Shown in pieces: positions 6,470 through 14,020 of a DNA stretch of 32,000 nucleotides; position 1 is the stretch's first letter; the number at the start of each line of letters is the position of its first letter. The translations under genes and the position numbers were made by a program. The stretch covers positions 1-32,000 of the forward strand of contig NZ_MPKA01000060.1 in assembly GCF_001945605.1 (NCBI RefSeq), given 5' to 3'. Source of the DNA: Dubosiella newyorkensis. Lineage in GTDB: Bacteria; Bacillota_I; Bacilli_A; Erysipelotrichales; Erysipelotrichaceae. The notes under the pieces are model-generated. The model searched no databases. It saw only the letters and a program-made list of their open reading frames with translations, and was not told the DNA's origin.

Positions 6470-8542
6470 ATGAAAGACTATTTGAGTTCTGAAGTAAGAA
6501 ACGTCAGCGTCGTAGGACATAGCGGAACAGGAAAAACTTCGGTTCTAGAAGCGATGCTGTATTACACGGATGCGACAGACCGTTTTGGAAAGACGAGCGA
6601 AGGAAGCTCTTTGATCGATTTCGACGCCGAAGAGATCCGTCGTGGACTTTCTGTCTATACATCGATCGTTCCAATCGAATGGGACGACTGCAAGATCAAC
6701 TTTATCGACACGCCAGGCTATCTTGATTTTATCGGGGAAAAAGAAGCCGGGAATTCGGTAGGCGACAATGTATTGATCGTTGTCGACGCCAAAGATCCGC
6801 TGCAGGCTGGAACAAAAATGGCATTCAAAGAAGCGCAAAGCCAAAAGAAGCCGACGATCTTCTTCATCAACAAGCTCGATGAAGAACATACATCCTTTGA
6901 AAAAGCGTATACGCAGCTTCACGAAACATTTGGAAAAAGCGTCATCCCTTTTGAAGTTCCGATCATTGAAAACGGCGAATATGTCGGCACCGTCAATATC
7001 CTCCGCAATAAAGCTTGGTATCATCACGGACCAAAAGCATCGGATTCGATCGCTCAGCCGATCCCGGAAGAAATGATGGATGAAGTTTCAATGTATAAAG
7101 ACCAGATCGCCGAAGCGGTCGCGATGGGTGATGACGAGTTGATGGAAAAATTCTTCTCAGGGGAAGAATTCACAGATGCCGAATTGACAAAAGGGGTTCG
7201 GATCGGGGTCCGTAACGGCGAGATCATTCCTGTCTTTTCTGGTTCAGCGATCGAATCACGTGGGATTGGCCGCTTAATGGATCTGATCGTCTCTTATTTC
7301 CCGACATACTCGGAAAAAGGAGTTTATACCGCGACGACGCCAAATGGAGTCAAAGTCGAGCTTCTAACTACAGAACAAGAAGTTTTGACCGCCCAAGTGT
7401 TCAAAACGATCGTTGACCCGTTCGTTGGACGCATCTCCTATATCAAAGTGTTGAGCGGAACACTCGCCTCGGATTCGAACGTGGTCAATGGAAACAATGG
7501 CAAACCAGAAAAGATCTCGCAGATCTTTATTATCAAAGGCAAGCATCAAACAGCGGTAGGAAAGCTGTTTACAGGCGATATCGGCGCTTTGACAAAACTG
7601 CAGAACACATCGACGAACGATACGCTTTGCGAAAAAGGAAAGCTGCTTTCAGCCGATCCGATCGTCTTTACCGAGCCGCTCTATGGCCAAGCCGTATTCC
7701 CGAAAACGAAGAACGACGAAGATAAATTGAGCAATGGGCTCAATCGTTTGCAGGAAGAGGATCCAACCTTCAAGGTCGTCAATAATAAGGAAACCAAAGA
7801 AACGATCATGTATGGCATCGGGGATCAGCATCTTGATGTGATCGTCAATAAGCTGAAAAATAAATTCAAAGCGGATGTCACGCTAGCCGATCCTAAGATC
7901 ACATACCGCGAAACGATCACGAAAACAGCCGTTGGAGAAGGACGTCATAAAAAACAATCCGGCGGACACGGTCAATTCGGTCATGTCTTTGTAGAATTCG
8001 CGCCAAATCCGGATGTGGAAGAAATGGAATTCCACGAAAAAGTATTTGGAGGAGCGGTTCCTAAACAATACTTCCCAGCTGTCGAGACCGGATTAAGAGA
8101 AAGCACGAGTGAAGGAACTTTGGCCAACTATAAAATGGTGAATGTCAAGACCACCCTGCTCGATGGTAAATACCACGATGTAGACTCTTCCGAAATGGCT
8201 TTCAAGCTAGCCGCCCGCTTAGCTTTTAAAGATGCGATGAACAAGTGCCATCCGATCCTGCTTGAACCGATCATGAACGTAACGATCCGGGTTCCGGATG
8301 AATATACGGGAACGATCATTGGCGATCTCAATAAGCGTAGAGGCGCGATCATGGGAATGACACCGGATGAAAACGATCAGATCATCGAAGCGCAAGTTCC
8401 GATGGGAGAAATGGCTCGTTATTCTGTCGAACTAAGAAGCATGACGCAAGGCTTAGGAACGTATACGATCGAAATGGACCGTTATGATCCAGTTCCTGAT
8501 TCCATCGCGAAACGGATCATCGAACAAGCGCAGCAAAAATAA
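6470..8542 (+). CDS. Elongation factor G paralog (EF-G2-like translational GTPase)
   Basis: 690 aa with five-domain EF-G architecture: P-loop GHSGTGKT, DTPGY, NKLD, a domain IV tip KKQSGGHGQFGHV and a C-terminal domain V. SD AAGGAGG lies 8 nt upstream, 13 nt after the ankyrin stop. Confidence 0.9.
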   Translation: MKDYLSSEVRNVSVVGHSGTGKTSVLEAMLYYTDATDRFGKTSEGSSLIDFDAEEIRRGLSVYTSIVPIEWDDCKINFIDTPGYLDFIGEKEAGNSVGDNVLIVVDAKDPLQAGTKMAFKEAQSQKKPTIFFINKLDEEHTSFEKAYTQLHETFGKSVIPFEVPIIENGEYVGTVNILRNKAWYHHGPKASDSIAQPIPEEMMDEVSMYKDQIAEAVAMGDDELMEKFFSGEEFTDAELTKGVRIGVRNGEIIPVFSGSAIESRGIGRLMDLIVSYFPTYSEKGVYTATTPNGVKVELLTTEQEVLTAQVFKTIVDPFVGRISYIKVLSGTLASDSNVVNGNNGKPEKISQIFIIKGKHQTAVGKLFTGDIGALTKLQNTSTNDTLCEKGKLLSADPIVFTEPLYGQAVFPKTKNDEDKLSNGLNRLQEEDPTFKVVNNKETKETIMYGIGDQHLDVIVNKLKNKFKADVTLADPKITYRETITKTAVGEGRHKKQSGGHGQFGHVFVEFAPNPDVEEMEFHEKVFGGAVPKQYFPAVETGLRESTSEGTLANYKMVNVKTTLLDGKYHDVDSSEMAFKLAARLAFKDAMNKCHPILLEPIMNVTIRVPDEYTGTIIGDLNKRRGAIMGMTPDENDQIIEAQVPMGEMARYSVELRSMTQGLGTYTIEMDRYDPVPDSIAKRIIEQAQQK

Positions 8543-8550
8543 ATCAAATT

Positions 8551-8584
8551 AACGAGAAATCCAAAACAGATTTCTCGTTTTTTA
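8551..8584 (+). terminator. Rho-independent terminator after the EF-G paralog
   Basis: AACGAGAAAT (8551-8560) / ATTTCTCGTT (8570-8579) followed by a T-run. Confidence 0.8.
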
Positions 8585-8611
8585 CGTTATAATGGAATAT
8601 CGAGGTGGATC

Positions 8612-10345
8612 ATGAGAACTTTTCAACATTTTTTATCGTACTATAAACCGTATCGCAAGATTTTTTATCTCGATTTGTTTTGCGCTTTGATGATCTCTGT
8701 CATCGATATTTTGTTTCCTCTGATTTTAGATTATCTATCTAATGATTTCTTTTTGCGGGGTGCCAAGATCATTCAAGCCGCACTTCCGTGGATCGCGCTT
8801 GGTTTGCTCGTGATTTATACCATACGTAGTCTTTGCCGCTATTATGTCTCCGCGCAAGGGCATATCATGGGTGCCTATATGGAAAGCGATATGCGGGAAG
8901 ATCTCTTTGATCAATTCCAGCGTTTATCCTTTACCTATTACGATAAACACAATACCGGGATCATGATGTCGAGGGTCACGAACGACTTATTCGATATTTG
9001 CGAGTTCGCGCATCATGGACCGGAAAATCTATTTATCTCCTTGATCAAGATCATTGGAAGCTTCGCGATCATGTTTTATTTGAATGGGATATTGAGCATC
9101 GCGCTCTTGCTTGTCACCGTGTTGATGCTTCTGTTTTCCTATTCGCAAAACACGAAGATGAAACGTATCTTTATGGACAATCGCAAAAAGATCGGCGAGA
9201 TCAACGCGAGCCTACAAGATTCTTTAGAAGGAGCCCGAGTCGTGAAATCGTTTGCGAACGAGCCACTCGAAAAAGACAAATTCGCCCATTCCAACGCTCG
9301 TTATCTCAAAAGCAAACAGGACAACTATGAAATGATGGGCTTCTATTACGGGGGAACGAATTTGTTTCAAGGCTTATTGTATGTGACGATCGTCGTAGTT
9401 GGCGGCTTTTTGATCGCTAAAGGAAAGCTTTCGCCTTTTGATCTAGCTACATTCGCATTATATGTCAATGTCTTTGTCGCTCCTTTAGAGGTCCTTGTCG
9501 AATTTACAGAAATGTTCCAAAAAGGATTTTCCGGATTTAAGCGATTTGAAGAAGTCATGGATGAAGATCCTGATGTCAAAAATGAGCCGAACGCGAAAAC
9601 ACTCGAGAACACAAATGGACATATCACATTCAAAGATGTTTCTTTCGCCTATGAAGAAGATAAATGCGTATTAGATCATGTCAATATCGATATTCCATCC
9701 GGGACAAAGCTTGCCTTAGTCGGCCCGAGCGGAGGAGGAAAGACGACGCTTTGTTCTTTGATCCCACGCTTTTATGATGTGACTCACGGAGAAGTGGAGA
9801 TCGATGGAGTCAATGTGAAAGCCTACACGCTGGAATCGCTCAGAAAACAAATTGGTGTCGTTCAGCAAGATGTTTATTTGTTCAATGGAACGATCAAAGA
9901 AAATATCGCGTATGGAAAAGAAGGCGCGAGCATGGAAGAGATCGTACAGGCCGCAAAAAACGCGAACATCCACGATTTTATTTGCTCTTTGCCTTTAGGC
10001 TATGAAACACCCGTTCAAGAAAAAGGAGTTCGACTTTCGGGCGGACAAAAACAAAGGATCTCGATCGCGCGGATCTTTTTGAAAGATCCTAAGATCCTGA
10101 TCTTAGACGAGGCGACAAGCGCCCTAGACAACGAGAGCGAGCGAGTGATCCAGAAGGCGCTTGACGAACTTTCAAAAGGAAGAACATGTATCACGATCGC
10201 GCATCGCTTATCAACGATCAAAAACGCGGATACGATCGTCGTGATCGATGACGAAGGGATCCAGGAAAGCGGCACCCATGAAGAGCTGCTCGCCAAAAAC
10301 GGGATCTATGCCAAATACGATCGTCTCCAATTCGAAGGCTTATAA
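8612..10345 (+). CDS. ABC exporter, fused permease/ATPase (type I exporter, ABCB/MsbA-like half transporter)
   Basis: 577 aa: an N-terminal 6-TM domain, Walker A GPSGGGKTT, signature LSGGQKQRISIAR, Walker B ILILDEATSALD and H-loop IAHRLST. Confidence 0.9.
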   Translation: MRTFQHFLSYYKPYRKIFYLDLFCALMISVIDILFPLILDYLSNDFFLRGAKIIQAALPWIALGLLVIYTIRSLCRYYVSAQGHIMGAYMESDMREDLFDQFQRLSFTYYDKHNTGIMMSRVTNDLFDICEFAHHGPENLFISLIKIIGSFAIMFYLNGILSIALLLVTVLMLLFSYSQNTKMKRIFMDNRKKIGEINASLQDSLEGARVVKSFANEPLEKDKFAHSNARYLKSKQDNYEMMGFYYGGTNLFQGLLYVTIVVVGGFLIAKGKLSPFDLATFALYVNVFVAPLEVLVEFTEMFQKGFSGFKRFEEVMDEDPDVKNEPNAKTLENTNGHITFKDVSFAYEEDKCVLDHVNIDIPSGTKLALVGPSGGGKTTLCSLIPRFYDVTHGEVEIDGVNVKAYTLESLRKQIGVVQQDVYLFNGTIKENIAYGKEGASMEEIVQAAKNANIHDFICSLPLGYETPVQEKGVRLSGGQKQRISIARIFLKDPKILILDEATSALDNESERVIQKALDELSKGRTCITIAHRLSTIKNADTIVVIDDEGIQESGTHEELLAKNGIYAKYDRLQFEGL

Positions 10346-10346
10346 A

Positions 10347-12137
10347 ATGAAATACGAGATCTTGAAGTCGTATTTTGGCTATCCTTTCTTTCGGGAAGGG
10401 CAAGAAGAAGCGATCGACGCCTTGCTGCAAAAAAAAGACGTATTGGCCATCATGCCAACGGGCGCGGGAAAATCGATTTGTTATCAAGTTCCTTCGCTTC
10501 TGTTTACGGGTGTCACGATCGTCATTTCGCCTTTGATTTCTTTGATGAAAGACCAAGTGCAGGCGCTGAACGCTTCTGGGATCCGGGCGGCCTATTTAAA
10601 TGGGACTCTGACTTTTCCGCAATATAAAAAAGCGATCCAGCTGGCAGGGCAAGGAGAATACAAGATCATTTATGTCGCTCCAGAACGATTGGATCATCCT
10701 TTGTTTTTGAAGATGCTTTCTAAAATTGAAGTGAGTTTGATCGCGATCGACGAGGCGCATTGCGTTTCTCAATGGGGACAAAACTTTCGACCTTCCTATT
10801 TATTGATCAAATCCTTTATCGAATCGTTTCCTAAACGGCCTAGGATCGGCGCGTTTACCGCGACGGCCACGCATAAAGTGGAATCCGATATGATCGAACT
10901 ATTAGGTTTGAAGAATGTTCAAACGATCAATACAGGATATGATCGGAAGAATTTGTTTTTTTCGATCGAACGACCAAAGAATAAAGAACAGCGCTTGTTT
11001 GAGATCGTAGAAGCGAAGAAAGATTCTTCTGGGATCATCTATTGCACGACTCGAAAAGATGTCGAGACGATCTGCCAGTCTTTGAATGCGAAAGGGATCA
11101 AAGTGACCCGCTATCATGCTGGCTTGAGCAGCGAGGAAAGAAGCGGAAATCAAGAAGCGTTTTTATACGATGAGATTCCTTGGATCGTGGCGACCAACGC
11201 TTTTGGCATGGGGATCGATAAATCAAATGTTCGTACAGTGATCCATTATTCAATTCCTGCCTCTCTTGAAAACTACTATCAGGAGGCGGGAAGAGCAGGA
11301 CGAGATGGAGAAGAGAGCGAATGTATTTTGTTTTATAGCCCAAAAGATGAGCGGACGATCTTGTTTTTGATCGATCATCAAGAGTATGCGGAATCTCTTG
11401 ATGATCAGGAAATTCAAACTCGACAAGAACAAGAAAAAGCTCGATTCGCGAAAATGAAAGGCTACGCCTTGACTTCGACTTGTTTAAGAGCGTATATCCT
11501 ACATTATTTTGGACAGCAGACGCTTACTTCGTGCGATCATTGCTCGAATTGCACGCAAGAGCATGAAATGCTAGACGTTAAAGAAGAGACGTCTTCTTTT
11601 TTAAAGGCGATCTTAGAGACGAAAGAGAGATATGGGTCTCAATTGATCATGCAGATGCTCAAAGGCTCGAAGGCAGAAAAGATCGTCCGTTATCAGTTCG
11701 ATCGGCTTCCTTCTTATGGCGCATTGAAAGAAAAGACACAAGATTTTATTCGCTCGCTTTTCTATTTTTTGCAGGAAGAAGGGTTGATCGAAATCGTGGA
11801 GGCGCCTTATCCTGTTTTAAAGCTTTCAAATGCGGGCTATCATTTTTTAAAGGAACCTGACGCCTTGTATATGCCGATCTTCAAAGAAGAAGAAGTTTTG
11901 CAAGAGAAAGAAGATGCGCTATTTCTTCAATTGAAAGCGTTGCGGATGCGCTTATCCAAAAAATTCAGGATCCCGCCCTATATGATCTTTCCAGATCGAA
12001 CACTCAAAGAATTGGCTTTCAAAAAACCACTTAATAAAGAACAGATGCTGAAGGTCAATGGAGTCGGGGAAGCGAAATATAAAAAATTTGGTCGATATTT
12101 TGTTCAATTCTTTCGTTCTCAAGCACCAAAGGATTGA
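10347..12137 (+). CDS. recQ: ATP-dependent DNA helicase RecQ
   Basis: Motifs FREGQEEAI, MPTGAGKS and DEAHCVSQWGQNFRPSY, a Zn-binding Cys cluster (CLRAYILHYF...CDHCSNC) and a C-terminal HRDC-like region. The start is placed at ATG 10347 (MKYEILKSYFGY), 1 nt after the ABC stop. The ORF-track start at 10248 lies inside the upstream gene. Confidence 0.9.
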   Translation: MKYEILKSYFGYPFFREGQEEAIDALLQKKDVLAIMPTGAGKSICYQVPSLLFTGVTIVISPLISLMKDQVQALNASGIRAAYLNGTLTFPQYKKAIQLAGQGEYKIIYVAPERLDHPLFLKMLSKIEVSLIAIDEAHCVSQWGQNFRPSYLLIKSFIESFPKRPRIGAFTATATHKVESDMIELLGLKNVQTINTGYDRKNLFFSIERPKNKEQRLFEIVEAKKDSSGIIYCTTRKDVETICQSLNAKGIKVTRYHAGLSSEERSGNQEAFLYDEIPWIVATNAFGMGIDKSNVRTVIHYSIPASLENYYQEAGRAGRDGEESECILFYSPKDERTILFLIDHQEYAESLDDQEIQTRQEQEKARFAKMKGYALTSTCLRAYILHYFGQQTLTSCDHCSNCTQEHEMLDVKEETSSFLKAILETKERYGSQLIMQMLKGSKAEKIVRYQFDRLPSYGALKEKTQDFIRSLFYFLQEEGLIEIVEAPYPVLKLSNAGYHFLKEPDALYMPIFKEEEVLQEKEDALFLQLKALRMRLSKKFRIPPYMIFPDRTLKELAFKKPLNKEQMLKVNGVGEAKYKKFGRYFVQFFRSQAPKD

Positions 12138-12269
12138 TTTTTTAAAGGAACATTCCTATACTATTCGGGTAGGCTGAAGAATCGTGATCAAAAATGACAC
12201 GAATTCGTGATTCGGCTGTACTCGATTTTTTTATACATCGCATCCATGGGAGCGAGAGTAGGAGGAAAC

Positions 12270-12902
12270 ATGAAAAAATCTAATTCTGTTAAAATGCTTA
12301 CATTGTTCGCATTGTTTATCGCCATTGAGCTTATGATGCTCATGACGCCGCTAGGCTATTTGCGGATTGGTCCGCTCAGCGCCACCTTATTGCATATCCC
12401 TGTGATCTTAGCGGCGATCTTTCTTGGAACGAAATATGGAGCGTTGCTCGGCCTTTTGTTTGGATTGTCTTCTGTATGGAACGCGACGATGCAGCCAACG
12501 ATCACGAGCTTTGTTTTTTCGCCATTCGTCACGATTGGCGGGATCTCGGGAAGCTGGACTTCTTTGATCATCGCGATCGTACCTCGCGTATTTCTAGGTG
12601 TCTTCGCAGGACTCTTGTTCCAATTCTTCCAAAAGAAAATGAATTGTTCATTGGCAGCTGGCCTTTCCGCAGGAATCGCGACGTTGCTGCATACGATCAT
12701 GGTGCTCTCTTTGATCGTGATCTTCTTTGGCTCCGAGTATTCGAGCGCGTTAGGTGTGGCTCAAAACGCCTTGATCATGATGCTCGGATATACGGTGATC
12801 ACAAATGGCGTGATGGAGCTTGTTTTGGCAAGCGTCGTGAGTGCGGCGCTCACAAAAGCGATCCCGATGTATTCAAAACAACCGGAGAAAGCGAAAGCAT
12901 AA
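12270..12902 (+). CDS. ECF transporter S component (PF12822-like substrate-capture subunit; substrate unknown)
   Basis: About 210 aa and 5-6 TM segments. The motif GYLRIGPLSATLLHIPVILAAIFLG...GLLFGLSS resembles ECF S components as I recall them. The start is placed at ATG 12270, behind SD AGGAGG. No ecfA or ecfT is adjacent. Confidence 0.6.
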   Translation: MKKSNSVKMLTLFALFIAIELMMLMTPLGYLRIGPLSATLLHIPVILAAIFLGTKYGALLGLLFGLSSVWNATMQPTITSFVFSPFVTIGGISGSWTSLIIAIVPRVFLGVFAGLLFQFFQKKMNCSLAAGLSAGIATLLHTIMVLSLIVIFFGSEYSSALGVAQNALIMMLGYTVITNGVMELVLASVVSAALTKAIPMYSKQPEKAKA

Positions 12903-12917
12903 TATCGTTGTTTAGTT

Positions 12918-12953
12918 AAGCTCTAAGTTAAATAGGACTTGGAGCTTTTTTTT
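12918..12953 (+). terminator. Rho-independent terminator after the S-component gene
   Basis: AAGCTCTAAG (12918-12927) / CTTGGAGCTT (12938-12947) with a T-run to 12953. Confidence 0.7.
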
Positions 12954-13162
12954 GCTTTGACTAAGGAGTAAAGAAAATGAAGAAATCTAATTTGTTATAT
13001 GATGTATGTAATCAAAACGAGATACCGAATCCCCAAATAAAAAAACATTTAGTTGTTTTGCCGAATTGATGAAGGATCTGAAATATCGCGAAATATAAAA
13101 CGTCCCCACGATTCAATTCAAAAAAGATTTCAAGTCTGCATTGTATTTCTGCTTTTTTTTCA

Positions 13163-13220
13163 TGAAAAAAGCTCTCAAGACAGTCACACTTTGTTTTTTT
13201 TTCGTGAGTCTGCCTTGAGA
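13163..13220 (-). terminator. Imperfect long hairpin with a T-run on the minus strand; likely terminator of the 13238-13843 gene
   Basis: TCTCAAGACAGTCAC (13173-13187) pairs imperfectly with GTGAGTCTGCCTTGAGA (13204-13220). The minus-strand RNA would continue into UUUUUU (complement of 13165-13170). Confidence 0.5.
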
Positions 13221-13237
13221 ACTTATCGATTCCATAA

Positions 13238-13843
13238 TTATTTATCAAACAAATCGTCGTTTAGATCAATGTCGAACAATTCTTCTGCTAGTGTATAGAA
13301 GAATTGCTGTTTTGCGCCTTTTGCCATGAATAAGATCGACTGGCTTGAATAGTTCTTCAGCTTCTGGTGGGCTTTCCTCAAGAAAAAGCCACTAAAGCAC
13401 AATACGATTGGAAAAAACAAGAAGATCAGTCCACCCATGAAAGCGGAAACCCAATAATTGTGCGTGAAAGCCCAAGGAATATAACGCAACAACAAAAAGC
13501 CAAGACCTAAGCCAAGCAGACATAAGATCCAAGCAAGAAATGTGATATTTTGCTTGAGGCGGATCGCTCTTCCATCGATATAGTTTTGAAATTGGTCTTT
13601 TTCATTTTGACTCGCTTCATCAAGAGATAGGATCGGCATATTTAAGTGTTCTTCGAGCAGCGCTATCCAAAGCGAGCAGACGGGAAGGGAATTCTTTTTC
13701 ATATCGATCGTTCGTATTTTTGAAAACGAACGCTTTTTTCGTTTGTACAATTCTGCCCTGCGTCCAAATTCATATAAATAAAGCCCATATTCCGCCTTCT
13801 TAGTTTTTAGGATATAGAGCGTGAGCGGATCTAACGTTTCCAT
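13238..13843 (-). CDS. Hypothetical membrane protein (cytoplasmic N-terminal domain of about 100 aa, 3 TM segments, acidic C-terminal tail)
   Basis: ORF-track ORF. I place the start at ATG 13843 (METLDP...) because SD GGGGG lies 7 nt upstream. I recognise no family. Confidence 0.6.
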   Translation of the reverse strand: METLDPLTLYILKTKKAEYGLYLYEFGRRAELYKRKKRSFSKIRTIDMKKNSLPVCSLWIALLEEHLNMPILSLDEASQNEKDQFQNYIDGRAIRLKQNITFLAWILCLLGLGLGFLLLRYIPWAFTHNYWVSAFMGGLIFLFFPIVLCFSGFFLRKAHQKLKNYSSQSILFMAKGAKQQFFYTLAEELFDIDLNDDLFDK

Positions 13844-13897
13844 GATCAATACCCCCTTTTTTTATATTATACTCCAAAGATGATTAAAATAGAAAAA

Positions 13898-13912
13898 ATG
13901 AAAGCGCATGCT
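13898..13912. promoter_or_regulatory. cre-like (CcpA operator-like) site in the divergent region upstream of ptsI
   Basis: ATGAAAGCGCATGCT fits the degenerate consensus WTGNAANCGNWNNCW at every constrained position. Related one-mismatch copies lie at 13980-13994 and 13990-14004, next to the ptsI SD. Confidence 0.3.
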
Positions 13913-14020
13913 TTCGCTTTGGAATCGAATGCTTGTTTTTCATTGTCTATTCCTGTATTCAGTGCTAAAATTGAATTAAATGTAAGCGTATGAAAGCGCT
14001 TGATTTATAGGAGGAAAAAC

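Noticed and set aside
10248-10346. N-terminal 33-codon extension of recQ given in the ORF track
   Set aside because: It lies entirely within the 3' end of the ABC exporter gene in another frame. The RecQ homology begins at MKYEILKSYFGY (ATG 10347).
8612-12137. ABC exporter and RecQ as a functional system (stop and start separated by 1 nt)
   Set aside because: Both are complete, canonical housekeeping-type proteins with no unusual domains. Tight spacing alone is common in compact operons, so I see no basis for a novel system.
12138-12269. Possible riboswitch upstream of the ECF S-component gene (direct repeats A(A/T)TCGTGAT at about 12179 and 12203, palindrome CACGAATTCGTG, T-run at about 12226-12232)
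   Set aside because: I could not match it to any riboswitch class I know (TPP, FMN, THF, preQ1, cobalamin, biotin-related), and I found no convincing terminator/antiterminator pair. It may be a protein operator. It is worth a covariance-model scan but is not supportable from reading alone.
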